IMG/VR virus record: IMGVR_UViG_3300048591_001609
Source: an uncultured virus (IMG/VR IMGVR_UViG_3300048591_001609)
Lineage: Duplodnaviria; Heunggongvirae; Uroviricota; Caudoviricetes
Length of the DNA: 64,000 nt
Direction: 5' to 3' (one strand)
Below the pieces are notes generated by a model that was given only the letters and a program-made list of their open reading frames with translations, made no database searches and had not been told where the DNA came from. Below are positions 17,492 through 26,143 of the stretch, in pieces. The position numbers and the translations under genes were made by a program. The stretch's first letter is position 1, and each line of letters begins with the position of its first letter.

Positions 17492-18676
17492 ATGGCGAGA
17501 CTGAACCTACGTAGTTTTGCGCAGCCGGATCTCCTAAAGGGACTTCAGGCTGCGAATCTCCTTAACCTGCTTGAGCCCTTCCGGATGTTCTTTGAGATGA
17601 AGGGCATTGAGCTCCCCACGAACTTAACAGATCCGATCGACGTGCGCGCGTTGGCCGCCGTGCTGGCCCAACCGGATGAGGACATGCCGGGTGAACTGGT
17701 CGAGGCGTTGCACCTGATCAGTAGCCTGGGATCCGAGGATCGCTTCGATGAACTCCTGGAACTCGCCGCTACGAACGAGATCGAGGTGGATAGTGAAGTC
17801 ACTCCGCTCGATCTGGCCACGCAGATCTGGTTGAAGAACCCGGAAGCCTTGGAGCGCAAGGAACAGGAACGATCCTTCGAGAAGCGGAGGACGTTTGAAA
17901 GCTTTATTGCGGTGGATCCCGCCACAGCCGTGGAAGTCGACCAACTCCCCGCAGATCTCGCTCTGCTCGAACAGGCCCTCGAAGAGTATTTCTCCGCCAA
18001 GAAGCGCGGCGTCGGATGCCGCATTACGCGCATGGACGGCCCGGGCGAAGCACGTTTCCTGGTTGAGCATGGCCAGCCGTGCAAACGCGAACCCAGCCGG
18101 AAAGGGCGCCGTTCCACGACGACGTTTTTCCGTCCGGAGAAGACCGACATAGTGATCTACGACGCGGTACACAACGAGCTCCGCATCAATGCCGCCTCGC
18201 TGCCCGACATGCGCGAGTACCGCAAGCTGTTCAGCCTCCACCTGTTTGGCGCAGAGGATCGCTTCGTGCTCAGCGACAAGTACACGTTGGCGCCTCTGCA
18301 GACGGATGGCATCGACGCTCTCAACTGCCGGGATATCCCCGGAATGGAGCGAGTCGATCTCTGCGAAATCGAGTATGCCTGGCCGGGCCCGTTCCAGCAC
18401 CGGGAGACGATCCGTTCGGCCAACCTATTCAGTTCGCTGGCGGTCTTGAACCGCGAAATCGAGCGGGATGCGTTCATCGTGAAGGCAGTCTTCAAGATCA
18501 AGTGGGAGGGCCAGCGGAAGCTGCAGACCGTCACGATCAAGGCGGGAAACAAGTCCGGATACAACCGGGGCGAGGAATCGATGATCGTCGAGGACTGGCT
18601 GCGCGCCCGCGGATTCATCGCGACAAGGGAGCGGATCGAAGATGCGGCACTTGAAGAGGATCTGGCGATCGCTTGA
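17492..18676 (+). CDS. Hypothetical protein (prophage early region)
   Basis: 394-aa ORF with GAGGT RBS and coding-like codon usage; no recognisable motif. Confidence 0.8.
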   Translation: MARLNLRSFAQPDLLKGLQAANLLNLLEPFRMFFEMKGIELPTNLTDPIDVRALAAVLAQPDEDMPGELVEALHLISSLGSEDRFDELLELAATNEIEVDSEVTPLDLATQIWLKNPEALERKEQERSFEKRRTFESFIAVDPATAVEVDQLPADLALLEQALEEYFSAKKRGVGCRITRMDGPGEARFLVEHGQPCKREPSRKGRRSTTTFFRPEKTDIVIYDAVHNELRINAASLPDMREYRKLFSLHLFGAEDRFVLSDKYTLAPLQTDGIDALNCRDIPGMERVDLCEIEYAWPGPFQHRETIRSANLFSSLAVLNREIERDAFIVKAVFKIKWEGQRKLQTVTIKAGNKSGYNRGEESMIVEDWLRARGFIATRERIEDAALEEDLAIA

Positions 18677-19502
18677 GGCGATTCCGGGACTGGCGGATAT
18701 CCCTGCCGAATGGAAAGTGCACTGCGGAACGGAGTACCCGCTACTTGCTCCATTCCTGCGTGCGACCAACGAGTTCGGACGGCGGCATCCGTGCCCTCAT
18801 CCGCGTGATGCGGACTGTCCGCGCGCGATTGTTGAATACGGTGATGGGTCGCTGGCGGCCGTCTGCCAGCACCCGCACCGACGGTGCGAGGACCTTCCAT
18901 TGACCTTCCCGGAGGCGCTCGTCCATCGCCTGGACTTGGCCGGGCTGATACGCGCGATTGCACAGCCGCTCGCGGTGCGCGCACAGCAGCCGGATCCGGT
19001 CGCTCCCGGCATGTGGGCGGTGGGGACCTCGATCAGCAGCGCTTCGCGGAGTCAGCCGGCGTTCCTCGCGGTGCACACCCACGGCCACGGGTTTCGTGGA
19101 GCGGTGCATCGGCTGACAGCAAGCCGGACGCTGCCGTTCGTCCTGGTCGCCCCGACAAGCCGGTTCGCCACGGTGGAATTACGGGAACTGCTTCAGAATC
19201 GCGGTTCCTCAATCGTCGTGCTAGAGGACCGGGTTGGCGTATCTGCCGAAGGACAGTTCATTGAGTTGGAACCCACCGGCGGAACGACACTCCCTCCGAC
19301 TCCAGTGGCGAAGCGGAAGGCTGTCGTCGCGAACTACAGGAAGACCTTCAAATGCACCAACGAGAGCATTTATGCGCCTCTCGGAGTCGACAAGGCAGAC
19401 TTCCACAGATGGGTGCGCGGTGAGTTGGAAGATGAATCGATCAAATCCAAGCGCATCGAGGAGGCGCTGCGCCTCCCGCCACAACAGCGGCGCCGCGCCT
19501 AA
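18642..19502 (+). CDS. Hypothetical protein with Cys-rich N-terminus and C-terminal HTH
   Basis: CPHPRDADCPR...AVCQHPHRRC; C-terminal ESIYAPLGVDKADFHRWVRG HTH-like. Confidence 0.7.
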   Translation: MRHLKRIWRSLEAIPGLADIPAEWKVHCGTEYPLLAPFLRATNEFGRRHPCPHPRDADCPRAIVEYGDGSLAAVCQHPHRRCEDLPLTFPEALVHRLDLAGLIRAIAQPLAVRAQQPDPVAPGMWAVGTSISSASRSQPAFLAVHTHGHGFRGAVHRLTASRTLPFVLVAPTSRFATVELRELLQNRGSSIVVLEDRVGVSAEGQFIELEPTGGTTLPPTPVAKRKAVVANYRKTFKCTNESIYAPLGVDKADFHRWVRGELEDESIKSKRIEEALRLPPQQRRRA

Positions 19503-19508
19503 ACGCGG

Positions 19509-19552
19509 CGCCCACAATTTCGCCCACCTCGCCTACCTTGAACCGCCCACCT
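19509..19552 (+). repeat. Four direct repeats CGCC(C/T)AC(CT) upstream of early operon
   Basis: Copies at 19509, 19521, 19530, 19544. Confidence 0.65.
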
Positions 19553-19610
19553 AAGTCCATCTGATCATCGGCTTGTACCAAACACGCACAAAGCGTGAAG
19601 GACAGGCCAA

Positions 19611-19823
19611 ATGAGCGACAAACAACTTGAAACGCTGCTCGAAGAGAAAGAACTGGCCGATCGGCTACAAGTTTCTCTCGGCACTCTGCGCGGGTGGCGC
19701 GCAGAGGGTAAAGGCCCACGGTTTCACCGCATTGGGCAACTGATTCGATACGCGCCGTCGGACGTGAAGGAGTGGCTTCTGAGCCGCCAGGCCGGTGGCG
19801 CGATGGCGGAGGTGGCGCAATGA
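19611..19823 (+). CDS. Excisionase/AlpA-like HTH protein
   Basis: LLEEKELADRLQVSLGTLRGWRAEGKGPRFHRIGQLIRY (HTH_17 pattern). Confidence 0.85.
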   Translation: MSDKQLETLLEEKELADRLQVSLGTLRGWRAEGKGPRFHRIGQLIRYAPSDVKEWLLSRQAGGAMAEVAQ

Positions 19824-20179
19824 TGCCTTCCGTCACAACCGACGACCTCGTCCCCACCGAAGCCGCCTTCCTTGCTGCCATGCAACGGATGGGCTTCGGC
19901 CGCTTCGAGTATCTCCAGATCCGTGACGGCCAACTGCTGCTCGATCCCTGGCCGACGGCAGTCCGCGACGTGAAGTTCGCCGCACCTCCGAACACCGCAG
20001 CGCCTGCGGATCGGAGTTCCGTGCTGAAGCCGCAGGTCGTCGAGTTTTTCGCTTACGTCCGCGACGTCGACGCCGGCGAAATCCGCGAGTTGGAGATCCG
20101 GCACGGCATCCCGTTTTCAATGGAAATCGAGCTTCCCGGTGCCAGGGTGCAAGCCGCGGAGGGAGGGCGCCGTGGTTGA
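19820..20179 (+). CDS. Hypothetical protein
   Basis: ATGA overlap with HTH gene, GGAGG RBS; MQRMGFGRFEYLQIRDG..LEIRHGIPF. Confidence 0.7.
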   Translation: MMPSVTTDDLVPTEAAFLAAMQRMGFGRFEYLQIRDGQLLLDPWPTAVRDVKFAAPPNTAAPADRSSVLKPQVVEFFAYVRDVDAGEIRELEIRHGIPFSMEIELPGARVQAAEGGRRG

Positions 20180-20690
20180 TACAACCCTTATCGACGCCCT
20201 GCCGGAAGTCCAGGACCTCGCGGGACGCAAGGCCAACGCGTTCGTGCGGCATTGCGGCTTGAGCCCCGACGAGCGGGAAGACGTCGAAAGCCAGTTGGTT
20301 CTGCGCTTCCTGGTCCGCTGGCGCAGCTATGACGGCGCAAAGGCTTCGGTCCGGACGTTCGCCTCCCGCGTAATGGACAGCGAACTCGCATCGATGCTTC
20401 GCTACCGGCTGGCCGCCTCGCGGCAGACGCAGGACCTTCCCACCGAAGCACCTTCTCTCATTGTCGAAGCAATCGGCCGCTTCCGCATCGACTTCGAGCG
20501 CGCGCTGGCTCCACTGCCGCCGGTGGTGCGAGAAACGGCGCACGCGCTCACATGGGCCTCGACGACCGAAGCCGCTGATGAGCTCCGCTGCTCCCGGCAG
20601 ATGATTTCCCGGCGCAAACAGCAGATCCGGAATGCCTTCCTGGCAGCCGGCATTGGCCCCGACTACTTCCGGGCAGGAGGCAGCCAATGA
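20172..20690 (+). CDS. ECF/sigma-70-like factor
   Basis: REDVESQLVLRFLVRWRSYDGAKASVRTFASRV (region 2-like) and TTEAADELRCSRQMISRRKQQIR (region 4 HTH). Confidence 0.7.
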   Translation: MVDTTLIDALPEVQDLAGRKANAFVRHCGLSPDEREDVESQLVLRFLVRWRSYDGAKASVRTFASRVMDSELASMLRYRLAASRQTQDLPTEAPSLIVEAIGRFRIDFERALAPLPPVVRETAHALTWASTTEAADELRCSRQMISRRKQQIRNAFLAAGIGPDYFRAGGSQ

Positions 20691-21697
20691 GCACCGCGCT
20701 GATGACCTCCACGTATTCAATGTGGTCGCTCTTTCGGAATTGCCGGAAGGCCTGCGAGTACCGATACCTCCTCGGGCTGGTGCCGAATGAGAAGGATCCA
20801 AATCTGAGCTTCGGCTCCCTGATCCACGAGTGCTTGCAACGCTGGCACGGCAACCGCGATCTCGGCGAAGTTTTCGATTTCATCGACGGGGCCTGCAGCA
20901 ATCGCACAACTGATGATTCCGTCCGCAAGGATTGGCACCTCGCCAGGGCGATGATGGCGGGCTATGCGGTCCGGTACCCGGCAGAGGAGTTCACCGTCGT
21001 CGAACTCGAGCGGACCTTCGAGGGACCGATCATCAACCCCGAAACCGGCGCCGCTTCACGCAGTTTCGTGCTCGCAGGCAAGGTGGACGGGATCGTCCGC
21101 ATCGGTGATGAGCACTTTGTCCTGGAGCACAAAACGGCATCCACTATTGATGCCGACTATCTCGAACGGCTCTGGACAGACTTCCAGATCGCCATTTACT
21201 CCCACTACGTCGAGCAGACCCTCGGCATCCCGATCACCGGTGTCATCTACAACGTGCTCGCCAAGGCCCGGCTCCAACAGAGCGCCGGCGAGACCGAGGA
21301 AGAGTACCAGGTCCGGCGCGCGGAGTTGCTCGCCAAATCGAAGACGGGCAAGACCACGGCCAAGCGCCGGATGCCGGAAACCGACGAGGAATTCCAGGCG
21401 AGGCTTGCGGAGAAGTACGCGGAGCCCCAGATGTTCCACCGCGAGATGCTCTATCTCTCGCGGGACCGCTTCGACATCCTGCGAGCGGAACTCTGGGAAC
21501 TCACCCAGGCGTTTCTCGACGCCCGGCGCCGCAAGGTCTTCTACCAGAACACCGCGTTCTGCTTCCAGCACCACCGGCCTTGCGCCTACTTTCCGATCTG
21601 CCGGTCGAACGGCAATCCGAACGTAATCAACAATTTCTACACCATCGCGCCGCCGCACGAGGAACTGCGGGTGGCGCCCGTTGAACCCGCTTTTTGA
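20687..21697 (+). CDS. PD-(D/E)XK nuclease (RecB/Cas4-like phage exonuclease)
   Basis: FRNCRK, FGSLIHECL, GKVDGIV..VLEHKT, FQIAIY, C-terminal C..C..C. Confidence 0.85.
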   Translation: MSTALMTSTYSMWSLFRNCRKACEYRYLLGLVPNEKDPNLSFGSLIHECLQRWHGNRDLGEVFDFIDGACSNRTTDDSVRKDWHLARAMMAGYAVRYPAEEFTVVELERTFEGPIINPETGAASRSFVLAGKVDGIVRIGDEHFVLEHKTASTIDADYLERLWTDFQIAIYSHYVEQTLGIPITGVIYNVLAKARLQQSAGETEEEYQVRRAELLAKSKTGKTTAKRRMPETDEEFQARLAEKYAEPQMFHREMLYLSRDRFDILRAELWELTQAFLDARRRKVFYQNTAFCFQHHRPCAYFPICRSNGNPNVINNFYTIAPPHEELRVAPVEPAF

Positions 21698-21706
21698 GAG
21701 GACCCC

Positions 21707-22480
21707 ATGCCATTGTTACCAACCGCAAAGACCCCGCCCAAGAACAGTCTGGCCGACCTTACTGTGCTGGTCTACGGGCAGACGAAGATCGGCAAGTCGA
21801 CGATATGTTCCCAGGCCGAGGGAGCGCTCTTCCTTGCCACTGAGCCCGGCTTGAATGCCCTCGATGTGTTCCAGGTTCCAATCCAATCCTGGGAGGATTT
21901 GCTGAACGCCTGCGCAGAGATCAGCGAAGGCACTCACCCGTTCAAGACCGTGATCATCGACACGGTCGACAACGCCTACAAGTTTTGCGTCGAATACGTG
22001 CTCAAGAAGTTCAAGATCGAGCACGAGTCCGATCTGGGCTACGGCAAGGGCTACGCGCTGGTGAACAACGAGTTCCAGCGTGTGCTCACCAAACTCGCCT
22101 TCTTGCCCTGCGGGCTCTTTCTGATCTCGCATGCGAAGGAAATGGAGATGGACTCGCGCACGGGCAAGTATTCCCGTGTGGTTCCGACCTTGCCCGACAA
22201 GGCCCGCAAGATCGTCCTGGGCATGGCGGATATGGTCCTGTTCTGCGACCTCGAGATGCAACCCGGTGCGGATGGACAACCCCAGGTGCGCCGGGTGATG
22301 CGGACCAAGCCCAGCATCTTCTACGAAGCTGGAGACCGCACGGGCAGGCTCCCCGAAACCCTCGATCTCCAATTCCGCAGCTTTCTCGAAGCGTTCCAGG
22401 CAGCGAGCGCCGCGACCACCCCGAACCCCACAACTAAACCGGCGCCGGCACGGACACCGGCAGCCACCGGCAAGCAGTAA
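21707..22480 (+). CDS. AAA_24 ATP-binding protein (Sak4-like recombinase)
   Basis: YGQTKIGKST, ATEPG, VIIDTVD, GYGKGY, LISH. Confidence 0.85.
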   Translation: MPLLPTAKTPPKNSLADLTVLVYGQTKIGKSTICSQAEGALFLATEPGLNALDVFQVPIQSWEDLLNACAEISEGTHPFKTVIIDTVDNAYKFCVEYVLKKFKIEHESDLGYGKGYALVNNEFQRVLTKLAFLPCGLFLISHAKEMEMDSRTGKYSRVVPTLPDKARKIVLGMADMVLFCDLEMQPGADGQPQVRRVMRTKPSIFYEAGDRTGRLPETLDLQFRSFLEAFQAASAATTPNPTTKPAPARTPAATGKQ

Positions 22481-22494
22481 CGAAGGAGAATCCC

Positions 22495-22950
22495 ATGGGA
22501 AACCAAGCAATCGATCTCGCGCAATTTGACGACGAATTCCGGAGCGAAGCGCCCGAGGAACGTGGAGATTTCGAGTCCGTGCCCGATGGCAAGTACCAGG
22601 TTGCCGTCGACAAGGTGGAGCTTACCCAATCCTCGAACGGCAACCCGATGCTCAAGTGGACCTTGCGCATCCTGGCACCGCGGCACATCAACCGGCTGAT
22701 CTGGCGGAACAGCGTCTTCACCAGCAACACCCTGAAATACGTCAAGACCGATCTTCACCTCTGCGGGCTCGATCTCGAGCGGCTTTCGGATCTGCCGAGG
22801 CACCTTGAGCAGCTTCTCGACGTGAAGCTTGAGGTGACAAAGAAGACCAAGGGCGATAGCGAAAACGTGTACTTCAACCGGCGGATCGAAACCGCCGCCA
22901 GCAGCAGCCGGTACCAACAGGAGGCCGGGGATGCCCTCACTCCCTTTTAA
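22495..22950 (+). CDS. DUF669 protein (putative ssDNA-binding protein)
   Basis: FESVPDGKYQVAVDKVELTQSSNGNPMLKW and C-terminal PF; follows AAA_24 gene. Confidence 0.85.
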   Translation: MGNQAIDLAQFDDEFRSEAPEERGDFESVPDGKYQVAVDKVELTQSSNGNPMLKWTLRILAPRHINRLIWRNSVFTSNTLKYVKTDLHLCGLDLERLSDLPRHLEQLLDVKLEVTKKTKGDSENVYFNRRIETAASSSRYQQEAGDALTPF

Positions 22951-23010
22951 GCGTGGGCTGCGAAACCTAATTCCACATGTGACTTCAGACAGTGCCCAAA
23001 AAGAAGAGCT

Positions 23011-23544
23011 ATGTCGCGATTCAACCTCAATGCTTGGATGGCAGCCGAGCAAGGAAAGCATTTCTGCCAATGTGGATGCAATCAAGTCATTCACATCCAA
23101 CGCCATCATCACGCGCGAGGGATTCCGAAGTATATCAACGGGCATTATTCCCGATTTCGAAATCCCATGGCCGGCCGCAACGGCATCCTCAATCCAAACT
23201 TCCGGGGCGGACGATACATAGACGCAAACGGCTACGTTCTCATACTCAACTCAGCACGTGCGAGTCGTGACTCTGCCCGAAGCAAATATGAATTCGAGCA
23301 CCGGCTCGTTGTTGAGCGTGCCCTAGGTAGGAAGCTCCAATCCCACGAACAGGTTCATCACCGAAATGGTGTCAAGTCTGACAACCGGATTGAGAACCTC
23401 GAACTTCTCTCCGCGAGTGAACACGCCGCGCTACACGATGCTGAGTTGCGAAAAAGACTAGGCCATCAACTTTACATGGAAGCACGGCGGCGGATTGCGC
23501 GGCGTGAATCCTACAAGGAGATACTCCGATGCTGCGCCTCGTAA
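23011..23544 (+). CDS. HNH endonuclease (HNH_3 type, N-terminal CxCGC)
   Basis: CQCGC; EHRLVVERALGRKL..VHHRNGVKSDNRIENLELL..EH. Confidence 0.9.
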   Translation: MSRFNLNAWMAAEQGKHFCQCGCNQVIHIQRHHHARGIPKYINGHYSRFRNPMAGRNGILNPNFRGGRYIDANGYVLILNSARASRDSARSKYEFEHRLVVERALGRKLQSHEQVHHRNGVKSDNRIENLELLSASEHAALHDAELRKRLGHQLYMEARRRIARRESYKEILRCCAS

Positions 23545-23963
23545 TCGATACGCGAGAAAAGGAGCAGTACTCCTTTCGAGTCGCCTCAATTCGCAAGAAG
23601 CTTGACGCCGGTGACTACTCAATAGAAGGTCTCGAAACGAGGATCGCCGTGGAGCGCAAGACGCTCGATGATTTCGTGGGTACGGTGATCCGAGCGCGCG
23701 GCCGCTTCTACCGCGAGTTGCAGCGCCTGGAGCGCTATGCCCGCGCCTGCGTGGTGGTCGAAGCGGATCTCGAAGATGTGCTTCATGGGCGCTATCGCGG
23801 TGATGCCCACCCGCACTCCATCCTCGGGAGTGCCCTGGCGATCTCCGTCGATTTCGGGATCCCGGTGTTCTTCTGCTCAAACCGGCAGATTGCCTGTCAC
23901 TTCGTCGAGGGATATCTTCTGCGCGCCGCGGATCGGAGGGAGCGATGGCTCGCGCCAGAATAG
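23529..23963 (+). CDS. ERCC4/XPF-family nuclease
   Basis: IDTREK, LDAGDYS, AVERKTLDDF motifs. Confidence 0.9.
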   Translation: MLRLVIDTREKEQYSFRVASIRKKLDAGDYSIEGLETRIAVERKTLDDFVGTVIRARGRFYRELQRLERYARACVVVEADLEDVLHGRYRGDAHPHSILGSALAISVDFGIPVFFCSNRQIACHFVEGYLLRAADRRERWLAPE

Positions 23964-26143
23964 ACCCCGCTTTCAGTTCGGTCCGTGGCGTCGTCGATGT
24001 GATCTATCACTCGAGCACCAGTTTCTGCGCTGGCCGACTGCGTGCCGACAGTGGCGAACTGGTTCGGTTTGCTGGCAAGGTCTTCCTGCGTCCCCAGGAA
24101 CCGGTCTCCCTGCGCGGCCACTGGGAGGATCACCCGAAGTACGGGCGCCAATTCGCCGTCGATTGGCTCGATGCCCAGGTGGATCTTGACCCGGCTGGTC
24201 TGGCCAACTATCTGGCGAACCATCCGGACATCGTGGGGATCGGGCCCGCGAAGGCAAAGGCGATCGCCGACACGTTCGGCGCGGAGTTTGACCAGGTGAT
24301 CCGCGATGATCCGGCACGAGTTGCTGCGGTGGCCAAAGTGCCACTCCCAAAGATCCTTGAGCTCCAGCGGATCTGGGTGTCCACCAGCGACCTCAACGCG
24401 GCAATGGCATATCTTGCCGCCTACGGGCTCACCCACTACCAGGTGACCACACTCGTAAAGAAGTTCGGCAATCACGTGGTGCCCATGCTCCGCGAGGATC
24501 CGTACCTGCTGATCTGCGAAGTTCCCGGCTTCGGCTTCAAGCGGGTCGACAAGATTGCCCGCCGCCTCGGAACTCCCAAGGAGCTTCCCGCGCGGCTGCG
24601 GGCCGGAATCCTCTACACCATCCAAGCGGCGCTCGATGACGGGGATTGCTGGGTGGAGTACGAAGATCTGCTCGATCGGGCGAACACGTTGCTGGTGCTG
24701 GACACCCTGGACAGCCGGGAACTGATCGAGCGGGAACTCGAAGCACTTATCCAAGAGGGGCGTCTGGTGTGCAGCCCGCACGAGCGGCTGGTGGTTGCGG
24801 ATCCCGCGATCCACGCCATGGAGGAATCCTTGGCGGCGATCTTTCGCCAGGCTGCCGATCCCAATCCGCACACAGCCGGGACCGCGTCTCCCTGGGAATG
24901 CCTGGCGCCGCTCAATGCGGAACAACGGTCGGCCGTCGAGAATGCCTTCGAGTTCTCGATCTCGCTGATGACCGGCGGCGCCGGTAGTGGGAAGACCTTC
25001 ACCGTCCGCTCCGTAATTGAGGCCTGCGAAGCGCAGGGGCTCTCCTACGAGTTGGCCGCCCCCACCGGGAAAGCCGCCAAGCGGCTGGAAAACTCCGTCG
25101 GCCGCCCGGCACGCACCATGCACCGGCTACTGGGCTTCAACGGTAGTACCTACGCCAAGGGCCCCGACGACCTGATTGAGACGGATTTCCTTATCCTCGA
25201 CGAAGTCTCGATGGTCGATGTTCCACTGATGCATCGGCTGTTTCAGGCCATCGACCTCGCGCGTACCGCCGTGCTGCTCGTTGGCGACCACAACCAACTG
25301 CCGCCGGTGGGGCCCGGAAACGTGCTGCGCGATCTCGTGCAATCGCGCGCCGTGCCGACGACGCTGCTGACCCGCATCATCCGGCAGGCGGGCGTGCTCA
25401 AAGAGAACTCCACAGCAATCCTCGACGGGGTAGTGCGGCCTACCTGCGACGAGAAGGTGGGCGCGTTTCGGCCGTGGTATGTCGTCAACAGCTTCACCGA
25501 GCGGGAGAATGTGCGCCGCTTCCTGGAAGAGCTCTACGACAATGTGCTTGCCGAGAAGCTGGGTTTCAATCTGCTCCAGGATGTCCAGGTGCTCACGCCC
25601 ACGCACAAGGGACCACTCGGCACCATCGAGCTGAACACAATCCTCCAGCGCCTGATCCAGCGGAAGCTCTATGGCATCACCGTACCCGCCGTGGAGCCTG
25701 GCCGTCGCCCACCATTCCTTGCCGGCGACAAGGTGATCCAAACCCGGAACGACTACGAACTTGGCGTGATGAACGGTTCGGTGGGCGTCATCCTCGAAAT
25801 CGATTCCAAGGGTAATCTCACGGTCGATTTCGAAGGGACCACCGTCGAGATCCCGAGCGACGGATCCAAGGAGCGCAACCTCCAGCTTGCCTATGCAACC
25901 TCCATCCACAAGATGCAGGGCTCCGAGTTCCCGTGCGCGATCGTCATCACGCATAAGTCGGACTCATTCATGCACCACCGCAACCTGCTCTACACGGCGG
26001 TGACTCGCGCGCAGAAGGCCGTCATCATCCTTGGCGACAAGTGGGGTATTGAGAACTGCGCGCGCAAGCAACAAGTGGACCGCCGGAACACCTTCCTTTC
26101 CTTCCTTCTCCATGAACACGGAGCCCTGTGTGAAGTCCCTTGA
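23945..26143 (+). CDS. recD2: RecD2-like SF1B helicase
   Basis: HhH GIGPAKA and GFGFKRVD, Walker A GGAGSGKT, APTGKAAKRL, DEVSM, GDHNQLPPVGPG, AYATSIHKMQGSEF, LLYTAVTRA. Confidence 0.9.
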   Translation: MARARIDPAFSSVRGVVDVIYHSSTSFCAGRLRADSGELVRFAGKVFLRPQEPVSLRGHWEDHPKYGRQFAVDWLDAQVDLDPAGLANYLANHPDIVGIGPAKAKAIADTFGAEFDQVIRDDPARVAAVAKVPLPKILELQRIWVSTSDLNAAMAYLAAYGLTHYQVTTLVKKFGNHVVPMLREDPYLLICEVPGFGFKRVDKIARRLGTPKELPARLRAGILYTIQAALDDGDCWVEYEDLLDRANTLLVLDTLDSRELIERELEALIQEGRLVCSPHERLVVADPAIHAMEESLAAIFRQAADPNPHTAGTASPWECLAPLNAEQRSAVENAFEFSISLMTGGAGSGKTFTVRSVIEACEAQGLSYELAAPTGKAAKRLENSVGRPARTMHRLLGFNGSTYAKGPDDLIETDFLILDEVSMVDVPLMHRLFQAIDLARTAVLLVGDHNQLPPVGPGNVLRDLVQSRAVPTTLLTRIIRQAGVLKENSTAILDGVVRPTCDEKVGAFRPWYVVNSFTERENVRRFLEELYDNVLAEKLGFNLLQDVQVLTPTHKGPLGTIELNTILQRLIQRKLYGITVPAVEPGRRPPFLAGDKVIQTRNDYELGVMNGSVGVILEIDSKGNLTVDFEGTTVEIPSDGSKERNLQLAYATSIHKMQGSEFPCAIVITHKSDSFMHHRNLLYTAVTRAQKAVIILGDKWGIENCARKQQVDRRNTFLSFLLHEHGALCEVP

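Noticed and set aside
20687..21697. cas4 of a CRISPR locus
   Set aside because: Sits in a phage recombination module with AAA_24 and DUF669; no cas1/cas2 or array
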